Shown piece by piece: positions 24,561-37,794 of a stretch of DNA of 64,000 nt. How positions within the stretch are numbered: the first letter of the stretch is position 1; every line of letters begins with the position of its first letter. The notes below the pieces were generated by a model. It was not told the origin of the DNA. It worked only from the letters and a program-made list of their open reading frames with translations, and made no database searches. Origin of the DNA: Camelus ferus (lineage: Eukaryota); NCBI RefSeq assembly GCF_009834535.1, contig NC_045697.1, positions 45,820,001 through 45,884,000 of the forward strand. The letters are read 5' to 3'. Made by a program: the position numbers and the translations under genes.

Positions 24561-27446
24561 AGATTTACTTTACTACCTTATAGCTTCACTTATTTATAGT
24601 TTTTTAACTTATTCAATAAGAATTTAGGGAGCCTCAGTGACTCTTCTTTCAACAAATGGAGTGGTCCCTCTTAGGATTTCAAGAGAAAGGCAATTTGGCT
24701 CCCATCCCCTTAGAGGACTTGTGTGGACTGGCTAACACTGTCCTTCTCTGCAAACAGGGATGCTGCCCACGAAACACACACACCAATCCAGTGTGATGAA
24801 CTTCTGTTTAAGTACTCAATATTTAAAAATGTTGGGAAGTGCCATTAAAAATGATAGGTTATAATAGGTGAATCTGGGTAAAAGGTATACAGATGTTCTC
24901 TATAGTATTCTTGTGTCTTTTCTATAGTTTAAAATCATTTCTTTAAAAAAAAGATTCAAAAATGAAATAAGCTGGCATAATGAAATGTTATTAGGTAGGT
25001 GACATAACAAACTGTTGTTTTCTATAGAAACAAATAAATGTCCTCTTTTCATTTCACCTGCAGGTTATACTGAGAGCTAGAATGAAATACCACAAGCATA
25101 AAGCTCATTCTTGAGAGCACATTCCTGACATTTGTTTCTATTTATTTCATTTAAAAGGTGATGTAGTAAATCAGTAAGAGTATTTCATAATGTTATTTCC
25201 TCTTGGCTATATAACCTAGTTTTTCACTTGTCCAGTCTGCATCTAGAGTTAGATGTATTAATGTAACTTATTTTATGTTTAAGGAAAAATTATTACTATT
25301 ATGAAAACACTTTAAGAAAATCATTTTGGTATTTTTCTTCTCCCATTAGGCCGCATTTTATTTTTGGAAAATAAAGTCATAGACATGTTTATTAAGCATT
25401 TGGTTGAAAAGTAAATGTTGTTCAAAAGAAAATGAATTTGCACAGAAGTCTCTCTTATATGAAAATCATCTAACTCCCACTTTCTAAAATTTCAATAAAT
25501 TATCTTAACATGATCTCAAGTAGAGCTACAAACAACAATTTCTCTTTTAACTGAAGTATGGATTTTATATAATTCAGCCATGAAAAGTGAAGCATTAATT
25601 TTTTTCCTCTATAACTGAATGTAACTTATCTTGTGAGTCCCCATTTTCACTGGTGGCAAAATGTGTGATCTCGCCAGTGTGAAATAAGCTCAGTTACATT
25701 TTTTCTTCTAGTTTAAACACACTTCCCTTGAGGAAAATATTCTGTTGGAGCAGAATTCTCCTCCCTCTTCTCCCTTTGATCCTTCTAGGGTTAAATTTTT
25801 CTCTCTGGTATCACACTGGCTTCAGGGGACAGGTGTCCAATCCAAGTCCATTGAATCTACCCATTCTGCCTTTCTGATGTGATGCACAATTCATACTTTT
25901 ATACAAGGCATACTTTTGGTTTTTGATTCTTGTCCCTGCATGCACCTTGAAACATGGATGTCCCTTTTTGCTTTCCAGTTGCCAGTCATGGGCACACACC
26001 ACCAACAGTTCACAATGAAGACAGAAAAAAGGGAGTTATCAAGAGAAAACTGATAAGCAGAGAGACACAGCATCCCCAGCTCTTAACTCTCATCAGCCAC
26101 AGCTCATACCTATGTGCACACGGCCAACGTTCCAGCAGAGAGGAAACCTGAGTCAGTAACCCCACATATTTGTAAGGCTAAGGGTCAGGGAAATCTGTGA
26201 TCTGCATCAGTGGGGACCTCCTCATCAGGGGATGGCTGTTAGAAAGGTGCTGCCTCCGGACCCCGGTGACATTCTGTCAAACTAAGCCAGCTCTCTGCTA
26301 AGCAACCAAGAGAGGAAGAGATTAGCCACCATGGCCACTGGATTTGTCTCTCATCAGCCTAAATCTAACTGTTGATTAATTTTTATATTTAACTTTTTAT
26401 CCTGGAATTCTCTGGCATAAGTCAAAGATCTGGTATTTGGTGTTCTTACTTAGTAGTTTTCATAATTAGTTCTCTTGAACTTTGGAAAAAAATGACATCA
26501 TTGTCTACCACTGATCCTTTGAATTCTTCCTTTCCGAGTTTATATATTTTGTATTTATTTTGTTAGGTTATTTCTTAGGCTAGAGCCTTCAGAATAATGA
26601 TAATCTCGCCCAACTGCAGTGAATATCAACATTCTTGCCAGGTTGTCCAACTTTAATAGGCATGCACCTAGGGTTTCATCCCTCCATTCTCCTCATTTAC
26701 ATTTACTTGGAATCTCTTAATTTTTAAGAAAACTGCTTTGCTCTACCCTTTACTCCTCCCTACAGAAATGGACAAGTTAGTGGTTCTTGCTTCTTTCAAC
26801 CCGGTGGAGCTGAAACAGCTGTTAAGTGTGAAGTGGTGTAGTGATCCTAGGTAAACAAACTGCTTTGTAGAGCAAAATTTCCCTTGGGCTAGCTGTTTCA
26901 AGATCTATCCTGGGAAAAAGAATAGCAAAGGCAAGCCCATTTGCTTTTATCCTTAGCCATCCTTTTAGTATAGATTTATTTATCTATTTGAAAATCAGTA
27001 TCACTTTCTCATTCTATCTGATTTCAGGATCTTCTTTCAATTGAATCAAAATTTGGGTGAGGAATAGAGAAATCATATATAATGTTCTTCAACTCCAACA
27101 GTATTTATTGTTTATTCACATCACTTGCATTTCAAAATGCACAAATATGGTACATTTTCCACCAAGGAAAGTTTATCAAATGAAAAATTTTAAGAAGTAT
27201 CCAAATCAGATAGAGCCAAAAGTAAGTTAGGCAAAAGTAAGTTACAGCAGCACAAATTTCCACGTGAGATTAAAAGCTAACCTCTCCAATTTACCTTGTT
27301 AGACAGTTAAGACGGTTATAATAAGCTGTCACCTCACTCTCATCACCTGTACACTAAAAGTATAGAACCATATTAATTTTTCCTAGCAGTTCCTTTCTTC
27401 AGCCCTCCGGAATTGTACTTTGTACAATAATCTTGTACGTAAAGCC

Positions 27447-27680
27447 TTAATAATAACTAATATTTATCGAGCATTCACTAAGCACATCACATACTCTATC
27501 TCATTTAAAGCATTCCACAATTCAATGACTGGGAGCCACAATCATTCTCATTCCTCAGCTGAGGAAACTGAAGTACAGAAAGGCATCATTTTCCCAAAAT
27601 GCTCAAACTAGTAAATACCTGAGCTCAACTATAAATCTAAAACTCTTGACTCCAGGGCCTACTATTTTAATCACAGAATA
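27447..27680 (-). mobile_element. MIR SINE
   Basis: taataataactaatatttatcgagca...gaggaaactgaagtacagaaagg...gactccagggcc. Confidence 0.75.
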
Positions 27681-28365
27681 AGTCTAAATCCATTTATTTA
27701 AAAATTTCTTCCTTATATTTTAGACACCCAGAACCATTCTTTTAGGAACTGTCCATTCCCATGAATAAAATATCTTAATTTTTCAATGATGAAAAGAAAA
27801 TAAACAATGACACTATGAAATAACTGTCATGAGAGCTATGGGACAGACGATGAAACATTCTAAATTTTGCCACTTTTTGCGACTTTAAGACAAAGCTTGT
27901 TTTTTGTTTTAAAGCTCATAACAGCACAGGGAGTTCAGTCTATATTATCATACATTTGCATTTGGAAAATAAATTTACACTGTCAAAGGAGAAAACCGAC
28001 TTAAACAGAAGCTGATTAAATGCTTGAAAATAATTCAAGTCACTATACCATTAAAGTGATTCCAAAAAGTGACATGGATGTGATATAAGATCCTGAACTA
28101 CATCAGAACTCCAGGATTTTGCAAAAGGGTAAGAGGGGAGTTCATTCACATAGAGGAAGAGAAAATTTTCTTTGGACTAGTTATATCAGATAATATGTTT
28201 GTTTAAGGAAAAATAAACAGGTGGGAAAAAGTTCTGCATGCCTAACGTGGAAGGAAAGCATATTGGTGCCTAATATATTGCAGAAACTGTTTTAGTACAA
28301 CTCATTCTTTCAAAAATATTACCCCTATACAGTGGCCAAGGTCAGTTCGAATTTAGGTAATCTGC

Positions 28366-28368
<3 letters not shown>

Positions 28369-28404
<36 letters not shown>

Positions 28405-28412
28405 ACACACAG
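28369..28412. repeat. (CA)n microsatellite
   Basis: About 21 AC units with one interruption. Confidence 0.95.
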
Positions 28413-30067
28413 CAGATTTTATATGTTAAACTGATCTCAGAGGTATTCTGATACTTTACCTTTTAAAAATATTTCCTCTGTTTATTATTCATGGCTTACT
28501 AATTTTTCCCTTTGAGATCTGGTAATCTGTAGCTTTTTGTTTTGCTTTATATCCCAATTTTAAATGTATAACATCCAAGTTTCCTACTGATAATCAACAA
28601 CCTTTATTCCTTCCTTGCTAAAGGCATATATTATGATTTGGTCACAAGTCTTATAAAAACACTTCTGCAAATGTTTCACGAATAAATGATCCCTTGTAAC
28701 CTAAACACAAGTTTCAGGCCTCAAAGATTTCCTGGGAGTGTAACAGTAGTAGCCTGCAAGATCAGGAGTGGCAGTACCTCACTTTACATGAAACTCATAA
28801 CAACGCAGTCACGAGGTGCACCTAAGAGACTTTGGGGTCTGTACTCATTGTTAACAGAGGTCCTTAAATACAATGCCTGTGCAATTTTGAAGTCACACTC
28901 TGTGACCTAGTTAAAAAAAGAATAGACTGGAGATGAGGGCATTTATTTTCCAGACCCCACTGGCCACAAACTACATGGCTTAACCTCTAGAAGATTCAGT
29001 GTTCTTATTCCTCATCAACAATCCCATGTGAGACAGTGGAGAATCAGAGATGGCTCATGGGATATCAATGTCAGGCATGTGACTGTAAAGAGTCAAATAT
29101 TCTCATGGCTAGTAAGAACTTGGAAAAGCACCTCACAAACAACTTATAGAGGTGTCTTAAAGAAGCAATGAAATCACAGGAAATGATTTGAGAACAAATT
29201 ATATGGAAAATGAAGAAAATTATAGAGTTGCAATATAGGTGACAGACCTCTAGACTTGATATACGGTGTGATGGCAGGGATCCATAATTCATCATCTGAT
29301 ACTCTTCAGAACATCTAAAACTGTGCATTGCATAAAATAGGCACTTGGTAAATGTTGCAAATGACATGAATGTGTGCTCGGGGGTTTTTTTCTTCTTGAA
29401 TTTGGCTGAACGAAAGCCAGCTACTCTACACAAAGTTTTTACTTTCACATTGTTGGAGGTGACCAAAGGCCAAGTGTGCCATTTGGGCATGCATCCTACC
29501 ATCTTGTGGGTATTCCTTTTTCCAGAGGAGAAATAAATTTACACTGGAAGTAATTTATTCTGACAAGAAGGTGGGCAAGATTCCTGCATTAGGTGCCTCA
29601 CTCAAGACTACATAAAGTGGGAATTCAAACCAAGATGGCTTCACTCATGACTTCCTTCCTAGAAGAGCTAAGGAAATATGACCTGGATATAACAGTAGGT
29701 GAGATATAATTGAACACCTTTGCTCACAGAAGGTTTGAGACTGGGAGCAATGTTAGCTAGGGAATCAGTCAAAGCTTTCAAGATGCGATCCTATAGTGTC
29801 CAATATTCCCTATTAGTCACTTGCTTATCAAATCTACAAATGTTGAAAGACTTTGTGATATGTGAGAGACAGCTACCATGTCGGATTAAATATTTAGAAT
29901 TCCAAAATACCCTGATAGGTTGGGACAAGTAACCCAAATAACTTGAAAACTCATTAAATGCTCAAGAAAAAAAAATAATAAATTGTTGCTTTTGTACGCA
30001 AACAAATTCCATTAGCATAAAATGAAGCATTAGGGTTAATAACAATTCATATTAAAAAAATTAGGAT

Positions 30068-30182
30068 ATTCTGTAGTTCATGAGTGTGATGATTGGGTAT
30101 TGACATGCTTGTGTGACATGTGCCTCCCTTGAACCTTGTTACAACATTGGCACACTACCTGGCTGACATGAAAAAAAAAAAA
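30068..30182 (+). pseudogene. SNORD13: Retrotransposed U13 (SNORD13) box C/D snoRNA copy with poly(A) tail
   Basis: TGTAGTTCATGAGTGTGATGATTGGGT...GCTTGTGTGA.ATGTGCC.CCCTTGAACCTTGTTAC...GGCACA...CTGAC closely matches recalled U13. Box C GTGATGA at 30086-30092, box D CTGA at 30163-30166, A12 at 30171-30182, and TSD taggatattctg/taggacattctg at 30062-30073 and 30183-30194. Confidence 0.92.
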
Positions 30183-30379
30183 TAGGACATTCTGGCTTAT
30201 CATTAATATTCAATTAAGTTTATACTCTGACTTGACTATGGCATAAGTCAACACAATCATGGGACACACTACTAGAGGTAGTGTCCAGATGGCAGGAATC
30301 TACAGTACACTGTGCCCTGTATTAGTACAATCTTCTCTACACAGGCATGTAGTGGAGTACTGAGTACAGTTTTAGATGA

Positions 30380-30585
30380 CATGTTGGCATGCCCCTAGGC
30401 TCAGTCCTCAGACTTCTTCTCAATCTGTGCTCATTTCTTTAGCAATAGCATCCAATCTCATAACTTGAAGCAGCATTTGCACACTGAACACCCCTAAAAC
30501 TCTTAACAATGCAGACCTTCAAATGGAAATCAAAATGTTTATATTTATGCCTGCTTGACATCCTTGCTAGGATGCACAGTAGGTC
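30380..30585 (+). mobile_element. L2 ORF2 fragment
   Basis: gcccctaggctcagtcctcagacttcttctc...catccaatctcataactt...gcctgcttgacatcc. Confidence 0.65.
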
Positions 30586-30587
30586 TA

Positions 30588-31275
30588 TGGAACTTGACCT
30601 CTACTTCACACCGTATTCAAAAAAGTAGTTGCAGTTAAAATATACATCTAATGAAAATATTAAACAATACAACTTCCAGCAGATAATATAGAAGTACATT
30701 TATGATCTTGTAATAGCATAGATATCTTAAATAGGATAAAAAAAAAAAAGCTCTAGCCATAAAGGGAAAGATTCATAAATTGGCCTACTACATTAAAATT
30801 AGGAACTTTCATTAAGAAAGCAAAAAGCCAAGGTATAGAGTGGGAGGAGATATTTCCAGCACATCTAATCAGCAAATTATGTTGTTGTATATAATTATAA
30901 TATGTTCAGGATTGCACATAAATAAATTGTGTTGTCATACAGTGGAAAACCGCAGAAATGAAACAGTATCTACCACAACTACACATGACATGATGACTCT
31001 CACAAATGAAACACTGAGTGAAAGAACCCAGACAATCTGATTCTAGCATGCAAAATTTGAAAACTGACAAAACTGTTCAATGGTGTTAGAAATGAGAATA
31101 TTATTATATTTGGGAGGAGGAGAGTAGTGAGTAAATGGGCATAGAGGGGGCTTATGTAATGTTCATTTTCTCATTCTGGGCATCAATTGAAGAATTTGTT
31201 CATTTTATAGTAATTTATGGAGCTGCAAATTTATAAACTATATACTTTTATATGTATGTGATATTTTCAATTTTA
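30588..31275 (+). mobile_element. L1ME fragments (ORF2 end and 3' UTR)
   Basis: aacttgacctctacttcacaccgtattcaaaaa...ccataaagggaaagattcataaattgg...acactgagtgaaagaacccagaca. Confidence 0.7.
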
Positions 31276-33369
31276 AGAAGTTTAAGGGACATTGGAAATT
31301 AAGGAGTATCAAGAAGAAATCAATCAGAATACTGAAGGTTTTTAAATAAAGAGTGACTGAAAGAATAAAAAAAATTAACTTAAAAGCTTCATAAAATTTA
31401 AAAGAAAAAAAAAGCCAAAGCTATCTTCAAAAATCAGTATGGCAGCAGCATTATTTTATACTGTTCCAGAAGACAAGGAACTAAAAGAAAGCACATTTTC
31501 CCCAGCACTAAATGTTAGACTCTGTGAAATGGAAATGACAACCTACAGAAAAATGGGCTACCTACCAGTGACAGTATTTAAACTAGTCTATCAGAGAAGT
31601 TGAAAAGGGATTTCTATATCAGAAAAGAGACTGAACAAATGCACTATGCTCTTTTTATTTCTAAGATGCTATGGTTCATGATGATATTGGTGTCAAATGT
31701 ATCTGTCCTTCTCTTCTCCCTCCCTCCTTCCTTCCCCCGGTCCTCCCTCCACAAGCCCTTTCTGCCTCCCAGACTCCAAAAGATAAAAATAGAAAATGAG
31801 ATCTTTTGCCTTCTTAATTCTGTTTCCTTCAGGTGAGTCACACAAAATCTGGTAAGTGTGACGAGAGCCCTCACCGTGGGCCAGATGTAGAGTGCTATGT
31901 ATTCTATGCCCTGCCAACTTCACTTCCCCCAAAGGAGAAAATATTTTGGAGCTGGATGTCTCTTCTCCCCAAATATTTTCCCAAGAATCTGGGAGAATGC
32001 CACTGCCTCAGAAAGCCCACAAGAAAATATGTGCACTGTCCTTGCTATATAACTTAATAACTATTTCAAACCTGACTACAGATGCCAAATTGGTATGCAG
32101 CTTCCTTTCAAATGACACCTTGTCTTTTAGGTCTTCAGAACAACAGCACTTTGTTGAATTTTATATTCATTTCAGCATATTAGTTCTCAAATAATTGAGA
32201 TGTCATTTTATTTGATTACTTTTAACCCCAATACAATAAGGTAGAAAGCATTTAATTAAAAAGTCATCTTAGCTCTGGCCTATCAGATAACACCTGTTGC
32301 AAAGCAACAAATATATATAAAATGTTAAACAAGCCCCCGCCAAAACATAATGTCCAAAGTGTTTCTAAATCATTTGCCACATATATTACATTTCCTTTTA
32401 TTCCTAGAAATCTTTAAAATATAGGAAAATCTACTTTACCAAAAATTATATTCATAATGAACAGAAGACTTTATACATGTGCATATAAATTGCACATACA
32501 TATGAGCATATGATGCTCCTATCAAACATCCTAGGCAGTAAGGATACAATGACATAATTCTGTTTTAAAAAATAAAGTTCTGTAATTGTCGAGGATTAAA
32601 ATAAATCTACCATTATAAATAAAATAGAATAGGAAATAGTTGGGCTTATTCATGAAGGAAGAAAGGAAGGATGGATGGCAGGAAGGAGGGAGGAGGGAGA
32701 CAACAGCATCCAAGCAGGAAACCAATTTATCAGCTAAGTCCTGGAGAAGCTCCGAGGTCGGAAATTCCAGTTACATAAGAGTCAAAGAGTGAGAACTAGG
32801 GCTAGAAATAAGATCAATCAAAATACACTCCACCTGCATGAACAGATATCAGTAACTAGACAGGCATGCCCCTCAAACACCCAGACAAAGGACTGAAGAT
32901 TAATAGTTAAAGATACCGAACAAAGTGCCTGGGGGGAATCAGAACAGGCACTTGATACCACAAAACAGCCTCCATATTTAAGAGGGCTCCTGCCAAACAG
33001 TAAGCTCCCTGGCCAATCATAGGTTCATGTAAAATCTATCAGAGCTCATAGGCTAGCTTTTATGTTGCCCTTTTCTTAAATATGAATGAAGAATCAAGGA
33101 GCACTAAAAATTTGAGAAAAATCTTGCAATATGATAGACAGGAAATACATACAAAATGATTTACCCCAGAGGACACAGAAGTAATTTAGACAACAGAAAA
33201 TTAACAAACAAAACAAAAAACCTCTAGCCTCCTCAGCGAACACAACACTAGGATGAAAGAACATCAGTTACAACAGTGATATACCTGTTCAGCCTGCTGA
33301 TCTCAAATGATAATACCATGACAGTAAAGGAAGAAGAGGAACAGGTACTAAAAGTTAATAAATTAATCT

Positions 33370-33900
33370 TGGAAAATACCCAATTATTTGGAAAATAAAC
33401 AATAAAATTTAGATAACTCATGGGTCAAACAGAAATCCAAAGGAAAATCAGAAAATAATTTGTACTGCATATAAAATGAATTGCATGCAAATGAAAACAT
33501 GACCTATCAAAAAGCCTGCTGGAGTTAACGTGGTACTTAGAGGGCTATTTATAGCACTAAAATACCTATGTTGGAAAAGAATACGGTCTCAAGTCAATGA
33601 CCTAAACTTTCATCTTAGGAAATTAGAAAAAGAACAAATTAAATCCAAAGTAAGCAGAAGAAACAAAATAATCAAAAAGGCAGACATCAGTGACAGAAAC
33701 AACACAAAATCAATGAAGCAGATAACTGGTTCTGTAAGAAGACCAGTAAAACTGATAAACCACAGGCCAGACATCTCAGGAAAAGAGAGAAGACACAAAT
33801 CGCCAATATCAAGAATATGAGTGGATATCACTATAAATCTTACAGATGTTAAAATGTAAGGAATATTATGAATAAGTTTATGCTAATAAACTTGACAAGT
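33370..33900 (+). mobile_element. Old L1 (L1MC/MD-like) ORF2 fragment
   Basis: ORF 33530-33820 contains VLRGLFIAL...SQVNDLNFHLRKLEKEQIKSKVSRR, homologous to the L1 ORF2 region after the endonuclease domain. Confidence 0.8.
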
Positions 33901-35389
33901 TTTAAGTGCCAACAAAAAGTGAGTATCCAGTAAAAGACAAGTATCCTAATTATCACTGTAATTTGTTAACATTGCAAGGGTTCTATATTGGTTATATCTA
34001 TATTGGTCAAATATGAAGAGGAGTAGAGAGTTCTAAAAAAAGAGTGACAGAAAACTGAGCCACCTGAGACTTTTCCTCCATCTCTCAAGAACTAAAGCGG
34101 AGTATAAATTTATTTGGCCCCCACGCCAAAGGAGGCAGGTATTCTTGCTATCTTGAGTTTAATGAAGACGTTGGTTCAGATCTGGCCCCTCCCCTTGAGT
34201 CTCTCTGTCTAGGATGAGTAAACACAGAGACCAGCAATGGTCAGACACGCAGAAATGGTCCAAAGAAGAGCACCTGCCAACACTGCACTGTATTTCTCAT
34301 CTAAAGGAACACTACCCTGGGATGATCCAGCTGTAAAATATACCTTTCCCGGGACTCAGGAGTGGGGAAAAAGAAATGGGAAGGTCCCACTGTTTCCCTT
34401 TCACTTACAGCATCTAAAGAGACAAAATACTGCTTCAAAAGCTTGGTTGTCAAGAGCACTTAATTCGCCACATACTGAGGTTAAGGAGGAAAAGAGAAAT
34501 CAACATGATTGCTAAATTTCTGTTTGTGATCCAAACCTTGCTTAGAGCGTATCTACCAACCTCTTAAAGTACTAAATTATACTCAATTGAAAAATCAAAA
34601 GAGCTTTTGAATACAATATAACAATTTTCTCCAAATAGCATAAACATTAAATTAGAAACTGTTAGGTTTTACAACTTTCTGCCAAATTCATCATCACGTT
34701 TTGCAAATTAGGTTGAGCAAAAATGTTCACAAATTTTAAAGAGTTATCTTCCTCTTACTGTTCTGAAGGTCAGCTCTGTTATTTATTACAGTACAGTCAA
34801 CGTCTTCCCTGACAGCTGATTTTTGGTTGAAACTTCTATATGATTTAATTTCAGAAAGTAAAATTATTTTTTGACAGAAGAGCTATTTAATTCATTCATT
34901 TCCAATGACATATTTCATGTATCAAGAATTTTCCTTTTCCCACTGTTTTGTTTCATTGTTCATATTATGAAAGCTGTTGTGTTTGTTAACATTAAGTAGC
35001 CAGAAGTTTTTTTCTTCAAATTTATGAATTTGAAGAAAGAAATATTACTACAATGTTGCACCAATGGTCAAATAGTCTCATGAATATACTTGGCTTTCAA
35101 TTGCACATATCCAAATCCAAAACAATCTCTGGATGTTTCCTTAGTTGTAGAGAGGAGCAGATTTATAATTTCATCAACATAAAACACTTAAAAATAGAAG
35201 CCCTTATGTATATCACCACAATCAAAACATCCGTTTATTTTATATTTTACTGAACCCACTGCATTTCGCATTGCATCTCTCCAAAGTTTGTAGCAATTAA
35301 CCTTTGAATTGCCGTGTGCCAAGTAAGTACACAGAACGGGATTTAGAGGAAGTAATAGCTTTCTTAGATTCACACAGAGCATGAGTCCA

Positions 35390-37448
35390 TAATACATCAC
35401 ATCAACAAGAGAAAGGACAAAAACCACATGATCATCTCAATCGATGCAGAAAAAGCATTTGATAAAATTCAACACCCATTTATGATAAAAACTCTCGCCA
35501 AAGTAGGTATAGAGGGAACATATCTCAACATAATAAAAGCTATATATGACAAACCTACAGCCAGCATAGTACTCAACGGTGAAAAACTCAAAAGCTTCCC
35601 ACTAAAATCTGGGACAAGACAAGGATGACCACTATCACCACTCCTATTCAACATAGTCCTGGAAGTCCTAGCCACAGCAGTCAGGCAAGAGAAAGAAATA
35701 AAAGGGATCCAAACTGGAAAAGAAGAGGTAAAAGTGTCATTATATGCTGATGACATGTTACTATATATAGAAAACCCTAAAAGGTCCACACAAAAGCTAC
35801 TAGAGCTGATTGAAGAATTCAGCAAGGTAGCAGGTTACAAAATTAACGTTCAACAATCAGTTGCATTTCTTTACACTAACGATAAATCAACAGAAGAAGA
35901 AAGTAAAGAAACAATCCCCTTTAAAATAGCACCCAAAGTAATAAAATATCTGGGAATAAATCTAACCAAGGAGGTGAAAGAATTATACACAGAAAACTAT
36001 AAACCACTGATGAAGGAAATTAAAGAAGACTTTAAAAAATGGAAAGATATTCCATACTCTTGGATTGGAAGAATCAATATTGTTAAAATGGTCACACTGC
36101 CCAAGGCAATCTACAGATTTAATGCAATCCCTATCCAATTACCCAGGACATATTTCACAGAACTAGAAAAAATCATAATAAAATTCATATGGAACCATCA
36201 AAGACCTAGAATTGCCAAAGCATTACTGAAGAGAAAGAAAGAGGCTGGAGGAATAACTCTCCTAGACTTCAGACAATACTATAGAGCTACAGTCATCAAG
36301 ACAGCATGGTATTGGTACAAAAACAGACATATAGACCAATGGAACAGAATAGAGAGCCCAGAAATGAACCTACAAACTTTTGGTCAACTCATCTTTGACA
36401 AAGGAGGCAAGAATATACATTGGAATAAAGACAGTCTCTTCAGCAAATGGTGTTGGGAAAACTGGACAGCAGCATGTAAAACAATGAAGCTAGAACACTC
36501 CCTTACACCATATACAAAAATCAACTCAAAAAATGGATCAAAGACTTAAACATAAGACAAGATACAATAAACCTCCTAGAGGAAAACATAGGCAAAACAT
36601 TATCTGACATACATTTAAAAAATTTTCTCCTAGAAGAAATAAAAGCAAGAATAAACAAATGGGACCTAATGAAACTTACAAGCTTCTGCACAGCAAAGGA
36701 AACCAGAAACAAAACAAGAAGAAAACCTACGGAATGGGAGAAAATTTTTGCAAGTGAAACCGACAAAGGCTTGATCTCCAGAATATATAAGCAGCTCATA
36801 CGACTCAATAAGAAAAAAATAAACAACCCAATCCAAAAATGGGCAGAAGACCTAAACAAGCAATTCTCCAAGGAAGACATACAAATGATCAAAAAGCACA
36901 TGAAAAAATGCTCAATATCACTAATTATCAGAGAAATGCAAATCAAAACTACAATGAGGTATCACCTCACACCAGTCAGAATGGCCGTCATTCAAAAATC
37001 CACAAATGACAAATGCTGGAGAGGCTGTGGAGAAAGGGGAACCCTCCTACACCGCTGGTGGGAATGCAGTTTGGTGCAGCCACTATGGAAAACAGTGTGG
37101 AGATTCCTCAAAAGACTAGGAATAGACTTACCATATGACCCAGGAATCCCACTCCTGGGCTTGTATCCAGAAGGAAATCTACTTCAGGATGACACCTGCA
37201 CCCCAATGTTCATAGCAGCACTATTTACAATAGCCAAAACATGGAAACAGCCTAAATGTCCATCAACAGGTGACTGGATAGAGAAGATGTGGTATATTTA
37301 TACAATGGAATACTACTCAGCCATAAAAACTGAGAACATAATGCCATTTGCAGCAACATGGATGCTCCTGGAGAATGTCATTCTAAGTGAAGTAAGCCAG
37401 AAAGAGAAAGAAAAATACCATATGAGATCGCTCATATGTGGAATCTAA
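35390..37448 (+). pseudogene. L1 ORF2p remnant (reverse transcriptase and C-terminal Cys-rich domain)
   Basis: [38 protein letters not shown] and the [18 protein letters not shown] knuckle; ends SLICGI*. Disrupted by TGA at 35626-35628 and a +2 frameshift in the A-run at 36528-36533. Confidence 0.95.
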
Positions 37449-37794
37449 AAAACAAAAACAAAAACAAACAAACAAACAAAAACAAAGCGTAAATAAAGGA
37501 CAGAAATAGACTCACAGACAGAGAATACAGACTTGTGGTTACCAGGGGGGTGGAGGGTGGGAAGGGATAGACTGGGATTTCAAAATTGTAGAATAGACTA
37601 CACTGTATAGCACAGGGAAATATACACAAAATGTTATGATAACTCACAGACAAAAAAATGTGACAATGAGTGTGTATATGTCCATGAATAACTGAAAAAT
37701 TGTGCTGAACACTGGAATTTGACACAACATTGTAAAATGATTATAAATCAATAAAAAATGTTAAAAAAAAAAAAGAAAACTGAAGAAAAAAAAA
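35390..37794 (+). mobile_element. Young 5'-truncated LINE-1 (camelid-type), about 2.4 kb
   Basis: Near-continuous ORF2, then a 3' UTR with a G-rich tract at 37545-37566, AATAAA at 37750-37755 and an A-tail at 37763-37794. Confidence 0.97.

Noticed and set aside
27217..27244. Doubled caaaagtaagtta giving two donor-like sites
   Set aside because: Short local duplication with no matching upstream acceptor or exon.
29071..29502. 143-aa minus-strand ORF, the longest non-L1 ORF
   Set aside because: No recognisable homology, no convincing splice context, and part resembles a decayed L2/MIR tail.
35469..36946. Minus-strand ORFs of 118 aa and 141 aa
   Set aside because: Antisense shadows of L1 ORF2.
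35390..37448. Reverse transcriptase as part of a retron, DGR or other novel RT system
   Set aside because: Motifs, 3' UTR and poly(A) tail are those of an ordinary mammalian LINE-1; there is no accessory gene or ncRNA.
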